DNA of 64,000 nucleotides from a virus (taxonomy: Duplodnaviria > Caudoviricetes): positions 1 to 64,000 of IMG/VR virus record IMGVR_UViG_3300033121_001944. One strand, 5' to 3'. The notes under the pieces were generated by a model, which was not told the DNA's origin, did no database searches, and was given only the letters and a program-made list of their open reading frames with translations. Both the position numbers and the translations under genes were made by a program. This document shows positions 27,172-36,971 of the stretch, piece by piece. How positions within the stretch are numbered: position 1 is the stretch's first letter; every line of letters starts with the position of its first letter.

Positions 27172-28371
27172 ATGGCAACAACTTGTGGTGGCATTAAGTG
27201 GCCCACGCAACAATTTGGTATAAAAAATGTCAGTGGGGCTGTTAATTATCAGTTCACCTGTGCGAATTTGCTTTCTGGCGTCCAGGCGGTTGGTATGAAT
27301 GCCAACTTTGACCTTCAGCCCATTTTTACTTTTACCCAATCTGAAATTTATGAGTTGAACGAAGGTCTGCCTCAGATCGAAATGACGGTTAACCGCATTT
27401 TGGACGGAAGCTGCCCAACTTATTTGATGGCGTCTGTTGACGCCCCAAATCCGACGTTGTTCGGTCGAACTCCCTCCAAGTCTATTCTTGGCTTATCCAT
27501 TTTCCCATGCACGTTGGATAGAGCGACGGGAACCCCGACCTCTATTCTAGCCGTTTCCGGTGCTCAGGTTAGCTCAATCGGCTATAACTTCGGTGTAGAC
27601 GGTCCTTTCACGGAAGATGTTACTTTCGTCGCCAATAACATGATCTGGGATCAGACTAGCGTTAGCGGTCATAAGGGTTATGTTGGACAGAACCTTAGCT
27701 CACGATTCCTTGCCGATATTGCTACGCTGCAGTTTAGCGGTTGCAATGCAACGAATAATGCTACTCCTCGCGATCAAAACGTCGGCGTGGCTTTCCGAGA
27801 AGATTTGAAGTTCACCTTCGACAGCGCCTATGGTGTTGACTCGAACGGAGCTATTAAAGATCCCGATTCTACCATTCTACCGCCCGATATTTACGGCATT
27901 ACATCTAGCGGAACGAATACATCTAACGTGCCCCTCCAATCGATTTCCGTAAGTGTAGACCTTAATCGAGAAGACATTAATATTCTTGGTAAGCGCGGTC
28001 CTCAGAACAGAACGATTACGCTGCCAATTCAGGTCAGCACTAATATCGATGTGACGAGCGATACTGACCACCTCGTTTCGGCAATTGAAGACGGTATTAT
28101 CCGTACGACTGGATCTGGAACGTGCTTAACTTCACGGAACTTGATTAATCGTACGATTCGTATCGCAAGTTGCGAAGGGCTCCGAATTTACACGGGTCTC
28201 CGCAATAAATTGTTGAGCGTGTCGCGAAGCGGCGGTGATACTGGTGGTGGTAACGTAACGATTACTTACAGTTTCCAAACCTACAACACTTTCGTCGTGT
28301 TGCATGAACATGACCTTAACCCGTCTGGCGCTGGCTGGTGGGCGAGTCGTTCAACCTACCTTGCTGAGTAA
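27172..28371 (+). CDS. Major tail (tube) protein
   Basis: Strong SD and own promoter; beta-rich; QSISVSVDLNREDINILGKRGP..R...PI.V tube-like motif; precedes the chaperones and TMP. Confidence 0.7.
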   Translation: MATTCGGIKWPTQQFGIKNVSGAVNYQFTCANLLSGVQAVGMNANFDLQPIFTFTQSEIYELNEGLPQIEMTVNRILDGSCPTYLMASVDAPNPTLFGRTPSKSILGLSIFPCTLDRATGTPTSILAVSGAQVSSIGYNFGVDGPFTEDVTFVANNMIWDQTSVSGHKGYVGQNLSSRFLADIATLQFSGCNATNNATPRDQNVGVAFREDLKFTFDSAYGVDSNGAIKDPDSTILPPDIYGITSSGTNTSNVPLQSISVSVDLNREDINILGKRGPQNRTITLPIQVSTNIDVTSDTDHLVSAIEDGIIRTTGSGTCLTSRNLINRTIRIASCEGLRIYTGLRNKLLSVSRSGGDTGGGNVTITYSFQTYNTFVVLHEHDLNPSGAGWWASRSTYLAE

Positions 28372-28400
28372 GCAGGCTTTTAAAAAGACTTTGTTAGAGA

Positions 28401-29357
28401 ATGAAAGATTTGATAGCTCATGTGCTCTCACCTTACAGACAGGTGAGGGTTTGGGGCAAGACTTATAAAGTCAAACAAAATATAAGTTGGGAGCTGCAAG
28501 AGGAGTCTCAAGCTCTCGTCGATTCAATCATTCACAAGCATCGTTTTGAACATTTACTGCGACGTAGCCAAGTAGAGCCCATCCTTCAACGGTTGGGCTT
28601 TTCTATTGAGGCGATGCCTGAGCTGGCAGATCGCATTAAATATTTAAAAAAAGAACTCTATAAGAAGTTTCCAGACCTCGTAGCCCAGCGACCTTATCGA
28701 TCTCAGCTTTTGGGCGGTAAAAAGGAGCTGCTCTCTCTACATGCCGAGATTGGTTCACTTGACACGCACACGCTCGAATTCTTTGCTGAAAAGATGGGCT
28801 CCTTTCATTGTATTAAACATACTATTTTAAAGTGCCCGCGACATTTACGAAACGATTTCTCTTTTCTTGAGAACGCCTATTATGCGCTTTTACGGGAAAC
28901 CGTATCAGTTGATAGACTAAGGGGGCTTGCTCGCAATGACTTTTGGCGTAGCGTTTGGTCTTCCAAAAAGATGGGAGCTTTTCGCCTCCACCCCCTAACT
29001 GAAGAGCAATTGGCTTTATCCAGCTATAGTCGTATGTATGATAATATTATGAATCATTCAGAGCCGCCCCCCCAGGCAGTAATTGATGACGATGATATGT
29101 TGGACGGGTGGCTCTTAATACAGCAGGAAGATCGGTCGAAAAAGAAGCAGCCTACTTATGGACATAAGATTGATAGCGCCAAAGAGATTTTTGTTATGGC
29201 ACAAGGTCAAGATCACGCCAACAGTATTTATGAAATGAACGATCCAGAACAGCGTGCCATTCAGAACGTTCGTCAAAAACAATTAGGCATGCGAGGTCGA
29301 ATAGAGTTCGGTCAATTTGCCGACGTACAAAGGAATATTCAGAATGCATCGCGATGA
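28401..29357 (+). CDS. Tail assembly chaperone-like protein
   Basis: Lies between the tube and TMP; C-half RMYDNI..H.EPP...VIDDDDMLDGW motif. Confidence 0.5.
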   Translation: MKDLIAHVLSPYRQVRVWGKTYKVKQNISWELQEESQALVDSIIHKHRFEHLLRRSQVEPILQRLGFSIEAMPELADRIKYLKKELYKKFPDLVAQRPYRSQLLGGKKELLSLHAEIGSLDTHTLEFFAEKMGSFHCIKHTILKCPRHLRNDFSFLENAYYALLRETVSVDRLRGLARNDFWRSVWSSKKMGAFRLHPLTEEQLALSSYSRMYDNIMNHSEPPPQAVIDDDDMLDGWLLIQQEDRSKKKQPTYGHKIDSAKEIFVMAQGQDHANSIYEMNDPEQRAIQNVRQKQLGMRGRIEFGQFADVQRNIQNASR

Positions 29358-29655
29358 CTTTAACGCTAAATATAAGCTAAAAAATGGTGTAGCTATTAGT
29401 ATCAAAACTGTCATGATCGGGGCTCTTTCTATCTTTGAGAAATATTTTGCAAAGGAGATAGAGGAGAATCCTGAAAAATGGGAAGCTGCACGTAATGAAA
29501 TTTTAGGGCGGGGGCATGAAAGTTTAGAAATTGCCTCTAACCATTTTAATCGGTTTTGTGTGAATTTTAAGAATTTTGTCAAAGACTCAGAAGGAGAATT
29601 TCAGAATGGCAAACCAAGAGACTTTCGAACTGGACGGCAAGACTTACAAGGTTAA
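29344..29655 (+). CDS. Hypothetical protein
   Basis: ATG overlapping the upstream stop region (alternative start 29317). Confidence 0.5.
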   Translation: MHRDDFNAKYKLKNGVAISIKTVMIGALSIFEKYFAKEIEENPEKWEAARNEILGRGHESLEIASNHFNRFCVNFKNFVKDSEGEFQNGKPRDFRTGRQDLQG

Positions 29656-30256
29656 GCTTCCTAACTCTAAACAGCGAGAAGAGGGCGAGCGAATTCATGC
29701 TCGGGCATTTGCTCTAGCACTTAAGAATGGCGGCTTCCTAGAGGGCAATATTTATAAGGTCGCTCGTGAGAACGGCTTGTGGGACGATCAAAAGGAAGCG
29801 GAGATGGCGGCTATTCGGCAAGAACTGTCCGACAAAGAGCGTATCCTCGAAGAGGGCGGCATCGAGCTAGAAGAGGCTGAGAAGGTAGCCAACGAGATGA
29901 AGGAGCTTCGCTATAAGCTGTTGGTTAGCAACTTTATTCTAGAAGAGATTCGTGCCCAGTCAGTTAATCGCAAGGCGGACTCTGCAAAGATTGATTACTT
30001 TGTAAGTTGTTGCACTTTTGATGAGCGAGATAAGCCCGTTTTTTCCAATTTGGACGATTATTACACTAGACAGAATGAGGACATCGTTGGCGTCGCTACG
30101 TTGGCTTTTTCTAAGATCTGGTACAACTATAACGAAAATACTTTTAAGTTTGCGGAAGATGAGTTCCTTGAAGAGTTTAACTTAGTTAAGCCCGCACCGG
30201 AGCCCGTTAAACGTAAACCTTTCTTAAAGGGTGGTGTTCCGGTAAATGGCGAGTAA
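29606..30256 (+). CDS. Tail assembly chaperone-like protein
   Basis: AAGGAG SD, ATG 29606 (the track start is 29576); acidic and helical; immediately before TMP. Confidence 0.6.
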   Translation: MANQETFELDGKTYKVKLPNSKQREEGERIHARAFALALKNGGFLEGNIYKVARENGLWDDQKEAEMAAIRQELSDKERILEEGGIELEEAEKVANEMKELRYKLLVSNFILEEIRAQSVNRKADSAKIDYFVSCCTFDERDKPVFSNLDDYYTRQNEDIVGVATLAFSKIWYNYNENTFKFAEDEFLEEFNLVKPAPEPVKRKPFLKGGVPVNGE

Positions 30257-33200
30257 CCTAGATTTAGATCTTGTATTAAAACTAAAAAATGCTGATGCGA
30301 TTGTTAGGGAGCTACAAAATAAGCTAAAAGGTTCTAACCTTCAGAACCTTGGCAATATTTCTCTCCCTAAGGGTTTCGCTAAAGATCTACAATCTATCGC
30401 CAGGGCGTTAGGAACATCTAAAAATATTTCTCAAGAGGCTAAGAAAGCTTTTAGTGACTTAGCTTCTACTGCAGGTAGAGCGGGCTCCAATATTAAGGGA
30501 GTGACGTCTGTCTTGGGAGCGTACTCTACCGCTATGACGGCGGCTAAACGGTCGCAAGAGCAGCTTAATAAGGAGCAGACTCGCAGCATCGGGCTATCTG
30601 AAGAGTTTGGTCGTCAGACGGGGTCCATCGCTAAGAGGTTCGGCGGCTTCCTCATTGCACAAGCAATCGTTAGACGGCTAGGCGAAGCCTTTAAGGAAGC
30701 GGCACGACAAGCTATTGATTTTGAGCGGGAAATCATTAAGCTTGCCCAATTTCAAAATACTACGATTGAGCAAGCTAAAAAGCTCGGCGACTTTGTTGAA
30801 CAGTTATCATTTAAATTTGGCACAAGTTCTGAATCCCTAGTAAAAAGTGCTCAAATTCTAGCCCAGGCTGGTCGGTCGGCTGGTGAGATTAAGTCTATTT
30901 TGGCTGCTCTTGCACCCGCAACATTAACGGCGTCGTTCGAAGATCTTGGCGGGGCTACTGAATCGCTAAATGCCTTACTTGGTCAGTTTGATATTAGTGC
31001 ATCTAAATCTACACAGGTTTTAGATGAGTTGAATGCGGTAGCAGAAGCTTTCAATGTTAGTATTGACGAGCTGTTTGACGGTCTAAAGAGAGCTGGTTCT
31101 ACCTTCGCCGCTTTGTCGGGTGTTAAGGAGGGGATTACGCCCGGCACTCAAGCGTTGAGGGAATACGCCGCCTTATTCACTACTGTCATTGACACGACTC
31201 GTGAAGGTGCCGACACAATTGGTACAGCCCTTAAGACCATTTTGCCTCGTTTACAGCGTGGTGAAACTCAGCAGCTATTAAAGAGCTTTGGTATTGACTT
31301 ACTTAGCGATAAGGGAAAGTTCGTAGGTCCACTAGAAGCCTTCAAGCGGATTAGCGAGGGCTTGAAAGATATTAGTGCTCAAAGCCCCGCCTTCTCCAAG
31401 ATTGTGGAAGAGTTGGGTGGTAGCCGCCAATTCGGTAGAGTGTTACCACTCTTAGAAGAACAAACTAAAATACAGCGTGCTATAGAGATCGCTAATAATG
31501 CGAAGGGCTCAGTTTATGAAGATGCGGAACTTGCCCAACAGTCTTTACAAGTACAAATTCAGAAAACGATTGAACGATTTAAGGAATTGTTGCGTGAGTT
31601 AACTGGCACGTCTACCTTTAAAGCTTTAGCCGCTTCCTTCTTAGGTCTAGCAAACTCCGCCATCACATTAGCGAATTCTTTAAAAGAATTATTGCCGCTT
31701 ATTACATTGTTTGCAACTGCACAAGTTCTAACGAAGATCCCACCTTTCTCTCGCGGGTTTTCTCAAGGTATTGGATTCTCACGTAGAGCGACGTCCAATC
31801 CGTCAACTGGCTTTAGCAATGGTGGTATTGCAGCTAAGGTTACTCCCGGCGAAATGATCTTCAGTGCGGCAGCCGTCAAAAGAGAGGGGCGTAGTACACT
31901 CGATTATTATAATAAGACGGGTGACCCTTCGCGACTTAAAAGTCTTGCTGGCACCTACATTGTCCCAGGTACCGGCAACTCTGATACTGTAAATATGACA
32001 TTAGAAGATGGCAGCTATGTCATTAAGAAGTCTAGTGTTAACAGATCGCGACGCGGCTTTAATATGGGTGGGCATGCAGCCAAGAGACAGTACTATCAAG
32101 ACGGTGGAAGCACAAATAAAGATCCTATTCAATTTTTATTAGATTCTTTAAATAAAAAAGCTAAGTCGGGTCAAGCCGCATTATTTATAGATAATAATAA
32201 ACAGGTCACTGCAATGGTTAAGCAATTGCAACAAATCGCAAAGGCAGCCAATGTACAACTTGCTTTCTTTAAGGGATCAAAAAGTATCTTTGGAGCCGCT
32301 AATAGTAAAGGCATTTTACTTAACAGTAATCTTACAGAAAATCCTGGTGGCGTAAAAAATCTATTAACAACTTTCTTGCATGAATTAACTCATGCACTAC
32401 AAATAGATAATACGGACACTAAAGTGCCATCATATGTCGCTCGTCAAGGAGTTAGGGAGTACGAAAAAGCAAACGGTAGAACTTTATCTCCAATAGAGGC
32501 TATGCGAGAATCGCGAGCTAAAGTTTTTAATCTAAACACTGTCTCCCCCTTTGTCAGTAAAAAAGATGCACAGAATACCTTAGATTATTTAGCGTCGTCT
32601 AACTCTGGTAATATTAGAGAGAGATTAAAAGCAAAACTAGAAGGTGCCGCTAAAAGAATCGATGATGATTATCTCGCTAAAGCACGACGTCGAGTTAATC
32701 AGATTGATGCAAGACTACAAAGGTCAGGTGGGGGGTCTCTATCTGCTGAAGCTCGCCAATCGCTACAGACCACTATAGCGGATCGGCTAATTGCTAGGCG
32801 AGGCGGCTTTCAAGAGGGGGCGTCTTCGCCGATTTCTTTATCTGGACCGAATCAGCCGATCTTTACCTCTTCAAATGCTGGGATGACAGAAAGATTTGTA
32901 AGTGGGGCACGCGGAGCCGCTCAAAATACTCGCGCCTTTTTCAGGCGTCCAATCTCCAATGAAACCTTTGGTAAAATCCAGACTGGCTCGTTCGCTTTAG
33001 CTTTAGCTGGCGGGCAGTTTGCTAACTCGCAAACGGAGACTGGTCAACAAATTGGAGGCGCTCTGACGGGAGCATCTATTGGACTACAGTCTTCGCTATT
33101 AACAGCTAATCCGCTGATCATCGCCTTCGCTACTCTTTCGGCTGCCGCTATAGGGGCTGCTTCTGCTCTAAAAGAATTTAGGCTTCAACAACAAAATAAA

Positions 33201-35438
33201 AGAGACAGTAGTGCTGTAGAACGCTTCTCGCAAGGTAAAGCGAGTTTAAGCGAAATTGACGCTGCCCTTGCTCAGTCAACGGCATTCGGCTTTAAAGATA
33301 AGCCTCTAAAAAAAGGAGCTTTTGCTTCTTTAAATGTTTCATCTAAGCCAGAATTAGCCGACGCTTTTCGCAACACATCGCTTGGCGAAAGATCAAAAGT
33401 TTTTTTTAGTCTAGACGGTTTATTATCTGAGTCTTCTAGCTCAATCAACGTGGCAAAAGCTGCACGAGCTAAAGAGTTGGAGCGTGTTCGAGGTAATTTT
33501 GCTGTAGCTTCTGAATCTCAAGCCGATTTAGTCCGCGAAAAAGTAGTACGCTCAATTCGTGCTGGTGCGCCTATCAGTAATGAGGCGTTAATAGCTAAAT
33601 TTACAAAAGATCCAGCTCAAGCGCGCCTGCTTGCACTTCAAAATAAGGCTTTAAAAGATCCACGCCAATTAAATATTGATAAACAAGCTGTAGATCTTGC
33701 TGCCGGAGCAATACGCCAACTTGCTGATGAGACGCGCGACCTTAATAAGCCAATGGGCGAGTTATCGAAAAAAATAGCTGATGCCGCAAAAAGCTCAATC
33801 TTATTATTTACAGCTTTTGATCGTATTAATAGTGGCTTAACTACTCTAAGTGCTGTCTTATCGCAAACTGATCAAGCAATTGAGGCTACATTATCTGGAG
33901 GAATCACCAATAAGACGTCGATCAACAATTTTGCAAATCCGTTTGGAGTAGGTCGCCAAGTTTTTGGTGACTCTATTAATAATCTGGCATCTCAACTTGG
34001 CATTAATGAGTTACAAAATCCCGGCTTTCAGGCGGCGGCTCAAGCTGCTATGATGGCTAATTTAATTAAGACTGAACTTCCCACATTACTTAATGATGCA
34101 TCTGCAAATTCACCTTTAGATACGACGATCAGTCAAACGCTGACAAAAGCCCTGCCAACGGTTTTGACGCCTCAGCTCCGCGAATACTTTTCCGGTATTA
34201 TCGCAACCAATTTTGAGGGGGAGCAAGATAGGTCCGTTAAAGGACTTAGCGAGCAGGAAATTGAGGCGATTGTACAAAAATTTGGCGGTGCTGCCGGTGT
34301 AGGAAAAGACATATTATCGACAGTCCAGGAGTTGGCGAATCAAAATATTGTTCGTCAAAATCAGCAAGCGGCTTCGTTAGCTGGAGCCAGATTAGATGTT
34401 GCCCGTCAACAGATTGGATTGAACCAGCTTGATACACGACGGCAAGTAACCGCCTCTGAAATTTTGGGAACAAGATCCCCGCTCGCCGATAGGGGTGCAG
34501 CCATCGCCTCTTTACGTGGTGACGCTGCCACAATTCTACGTGGTCAGCCTAACTCTGCCGACATCAGAACTCGTCTTGCCGAAATTAATAAGACTGGCGT
34601 TACCGCTGAAAACGTGACTGAATTTACCCGCCTAACAGAGGCTCTCAAATTATTGAGCACGGATACTCGCGTACTTGACGCTACGATGCAGAAAAATAAT
34701 GAACTGAATCAAGCTCAGCAAGGCTCTCGCAACATAGCTGACCGTTTACTGGGGGGACCTCAGGAAATTGTAAAGTTCAATCAACAATTGGATGACTTCC
34801 GCAGAATAGCGGCGGGCGGAGATGTGGGCGGACCACGCGCCTTGGAAGCTTTAAATAATATGGAGCAGCTCTTACAAGCATTTACTCCAGAGCAATTTAA
34901 GAAAATTACCGGTATTTCCAAAGATGAGGGCGAACAAGCTTTAAGAAATATTAGGGGAGAACAGACAGGTCGCATACTCGGCGGTGAAGCGGGGGCTGCG
35001 ATTATTGGAAATATTCGTGGAGACGGACGTAAAGCCCTAGTGGATGAAGCTAATCAAGCCTTTGAGGTTATGCGGCGGGCTAGCGAAATTCTTAAGGAGC
35101 AGAATGAGGTTCAACTGGCTAAATCTATAGAAATGATGGACGCTCAGCAAAAAGCTTTTACGGTTGGTATACAGGAAGCCTTCAATAATGCGTTTAACTC
35201 GCAAGGCAGCTTAGATCTACAGAAAGCTCTCAATAATTTTAGCAACTCTTTTGGCGGCGAGGGGGCGTCCGTTGAGATTACTGGCAAAACCGACGTCGTT
35301 GTCTCTTTCAATGGGGCAAATGGTGTATTCAAAGATATCCAGAAAGATTTAGAGGGGGCTATCGGAAGAATCGTGAACGAACAAATTAAGAGCGCTCTTA
35401 AGACAAATCAAGGAATTGCGGGAGCCAACTCTCCATAA
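30246..35438 (+). CDS. Tail tape measure protein with internal HEXXH domain
   Basis: 1730 aa, A/L/S/Q-rich helical; TMP motifs (A..FERE..KL; VPGTGNSDTV; VTPGE); HELTH at 32379-32393. Confidence 0.92.
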   Translation: MASNLDLDLVLKLKNADAIVRELQNKLKGSNLQNLGNISLPKGFAKDLQSIARALGTSKNISQEAKKAFSDLASTAGRAGSNIKGVTSVLGAYSTAMTAAKRSQEQLNKEQTRSIGLSEEFGRQTGSIAKRFGGFLIAQAIVRRLGEAFKEAARQAIDFEREIIKLAQFQNTTIEQAKKLGDFVEQLSFKFGTSSESLVKSAQILAQAGRSAGEIKSILAALAPATLTASFEDLGGATESLNALLGQFDISASKSTQVLDELNAVAEAFNVSIDELFDGLKRAGSTFAALSGVKEGITPGTQALREYAALFTTVIDTTREGADTIGTALKTILPRLQRGETQQLLKSFGIDLLSDKGKFVGPLEAFKRISEGLKDISAQSPAFSKIVEELGGSRQFGRVLPLLEEQTKIQRAIEIANNAKGSVYEDAELAQQSLQVQIQKTIERFKELLRELTGTSTFKALAASFLGLANSAITLANSLKELLPLITLFATAQVLTKIPPFSRGFSQGIGFSRRATSNPSTGFSNGGIAAKVTPGEMIFSAAAVKREGRSTLDYYNKTGDPSRLKSLAGTYIVPGTGNSDTVNMTLEDGSYVIKKSSVNRSRRGFNMGGHAAKRQYYQDGGSTNKDPIQFLLDSLNKKAKSGQAALFIDNNKQVTAMVKQLQQIAKAANVQLAFFKGSKSIFGAANSKGILLNSNLTENPGGVKNLLTTFLHELTHALQIDNTDTKVPSYVARQGVREYEKANGRTLSPIEAMRESRAKVFNLNTVSPFVSKKDAQNTLDYLASSNSGNIRERLKAKLEGAAKRIDDDYLAKARRRVNQIDARLQRSGGGSLSAEARQSLQTTIADRLIARRGGFQEGASSPISLSGPNQPIFTSSNAGMTERFVSGARGAAQNTRAFFRRPISNETFGKIQTGSFALALAGGQFANSQTETGQQIGGALTGASIGLQSSLLTANPLIIAFATLSAAAIGAASALKEFRLQQQNKRDSSAVERFSQGKASLSEIDAALAQSTAFGFKDKPLKKGAFASLNVSSKPELADAFRNTSLGERSKVFFSLDGLLSESSSSINVAKAARAKELERVRGNFAVASESQADLVREKVVRSIRAGAPISNEALIAKFTKDPAQARLLALQNKALKDPRQLNIDKQAVDLAAGAIRQLADETRDLNKPMGELSKKIADAAKSSILLFTAFDRINSGLTTLSAVLSQTDQAIEATLSGGITNKTSINNFANPFGVGRQVFGDSINNLASQLGINELQNPGFQAAAQAAMMANLIKTELPTLLNDASANSPLDTTISQTLTKALPTVLTPQLREYFSGIIATNFEGEQDRSVKGLSEQEIEAIVQKFGGAAGVGKDILSTVQELANQNIVRQNQQAASLAGARLDVARQQIGLNQLDTRRQVTASEILGTRSPLADRGAAIASLRGDAATILRGQPNSADIRTRLAEINKTGVTAENVTEFTRLTEALKLLSTDTRVLDATMQKNNELNQAQQGSRNIADRLLGGPQEIVKFNQQLDDFRRIAAGGDVGGPRALEALNNMEQLLQAFTPEQFKKITGISKDEGEQALRNIRGEQTGRILGGEAGAAIIGNIRGDGRKALVDEANQAFEVMRRASEILKEQNEVQLAKSIEMMDAQQKAFTVGIQEAFNNAFNSQGSLDLQKALNNFSNSFGGEGASVEITGKTDVVVSFNGANGVFKDIQKDLEGAIGRIVNEQIKSALKTNQGIAGANSP

Positions 35439-36955
35439 TGGCTGTTACAATGACTTATGGCGGGTATCAGTTTGAGCCCGTCCCACAGCTAACACTCTCC
35501 GTTAACCATGTGAGAGATGATGCGGGCAACCTCATCAATATCCAGCATGTTGCCAATCTTAATGGTAAGTTAGTATCTCTAGGTAGACCTAATCAGGGTG
35601 CGGCTGACCTTTTTGATCAGCAGAACGACCTACGAGCAGCTCTGGCAGATTGCGGTAACTGTAAACGACTCTATTTAGAGTGCGACGGCACCGTCCTTCT
35701 TAGCGCCTCTGCACAGCCCCGCAATTTAACTTTTAGCCCCACTTCCGACAACTGGGTCTTCACGACTGATTACTCTGTCGAATTTTACTGGAATGCCGTT
35801 AATGACTCTATTCTCATGGCGGCTACTGGCGTAGACCTATCATGTTTAAAGTGCTTAACGACTACTAGTGAAAGCTGGGACATCCAACAGCTAGAACCGC
35901 CCGCTATGTACGTGCCTACCGGTGTGTGCCCAACGGGTATCCCACAGATGTTAAATATTACACATACTGTGAGTGCTAAAGGGTATAACTGCTGCTTGCC
36001 AAGCGGGCAATATTTGCAGGGCTATCAAGTTGCCAAACAGTGGGTGGAAGATCGCATAGGTTTTTCTACCGCGATTTTGAATGATATCAGTGGTACGACT
36101 TTCCGACTAGATCCCGCTTTATTTGCCGCCTTCAATCATAATCGCCAAATCTCCATCAACAAGAGTGCCGGAGAGTATGCCGTTACCGAGACGTGGACGG
36201 TTATAGGAGATAGCGGGCTTAAACCATACCTTGAAGATTATACTGTAGAGCAGACGACAGATCAATCTAACAGATTTACCACCATCTCTATACAGGGAAC
36301 AATCAATGGGCTGGAAACACGTAACTCGGTCCATACTTTGCTAACGAGCAAGTGGCAAAATGCGATGATTGGCTGGAGCGCGATTGAGCCGCAACTTTAT
36401 TCGCGTGCTTCCTGCTTAGCTACTAATGCAACTTTACGCTGTCCGCTGAATACAAATCCTATTTCGACGTCAGTTTCTAAAAACCCATCGACTGGTACCG
36501 TCAACTATAACTATACGTACAATAGCAAAGTTCAGCTAGTTTCAGGCTCATTATCAGAAAGTGTAACTGTCTCTGACGCACTAAAAAGTTCCCAAATTAT
36601 TGAGGTCGGCGTAATTGGTAGACGAGCCGGTCCTATCTTATATGATACCCGCCAAAACAATGCTCGCGAACGCAGCGTGAATATATCTATTATAATGGCT
36701 CAACCGACTGGCTGCTATACGTCGGGAACTTCGTGTGCTACCTTCCTGCCATTATTTTTAACCCCACCTACGGGTGGAGTGAACGCCTTGCTATGTTGTT
36801 TGGAACAAAATTTAAGCGGGGTAGCTGGCTCTTATTATTTAACGAATAACCAGCAAGACTGGGACCCAATTAATGGGCAGTATACTAGAAATGTGACATG
36901 GCGATGGACTGAACCGTGTGCGACTGCAACGGGACCATCTGGTTTCTGTGGTTAA
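35438..36955 (+). CDS. Distal tail/baseplate protein, Cys-rich
   Basis: First gene after TMP; beta-rich with internal repeat-like halves; 16 Cys in 505 aa. Confidence 0.55.
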   Translation: MAVTMTYGGYQFEPVPQLTLSVNHVRDDAGNLINIQHVANLNGKLVSLGRPNQGAADLFDQQNDLRAALADCGNCKRLYLECDGTVLLSASAQPRNLTFSPTSDNWVFTTDYSVEFYWNAVNDSILMAATGVDLSCLKCLTTTSESWDIQQLEPPAMYVPTGVCPTGIPQMLNITHTVSAKGYNCCLPSGQYLQGYQVAKQWVEDRIGFSTAILNDISGTTFRLDPALFAAFNHNRQISINKSAGEYAVTETWTVIGDSGLKPYLEDYTVEQTTDQSNRFTTISIQGTINGLETRNSVHTLLTSKWQNAMIGWSAIEPQLYSRASCLATNATLRCPLNTNPISTSVSKNPSTGTVNYNYTYNSKVQLVSGSLSESVTVSDALKSSQIIEVGVIGRRAGPILYDTRQNNARERSVNISIIMAQPTGCYTSGTSCATFLPLFLTPPTGGVNALLCCLEQNLSGVAGSYYLTNNQQDWDPINGQYTRNVTWRWTEPCATATGPSGFCG

Positions 36956-36971
36956 GATTTAGGATTATAAA

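Noticed and set aside
28401-30256. Lambda G/GT-type frameshift in the tail chaperones
   Set aside because: The last chaperone ORF abuts TMP directly, with no downstream out-of-frame T ORF.
5651-35328. GGTGTAT copies at 5651 and 35322 (and GGTGTAA at ~2145 and ~37155) as promoters
   Set aside because: They lie within coding sequence, with weaker AT tails or no matching spacing to a start; 5651 and 35322 remain possible but unsupported.
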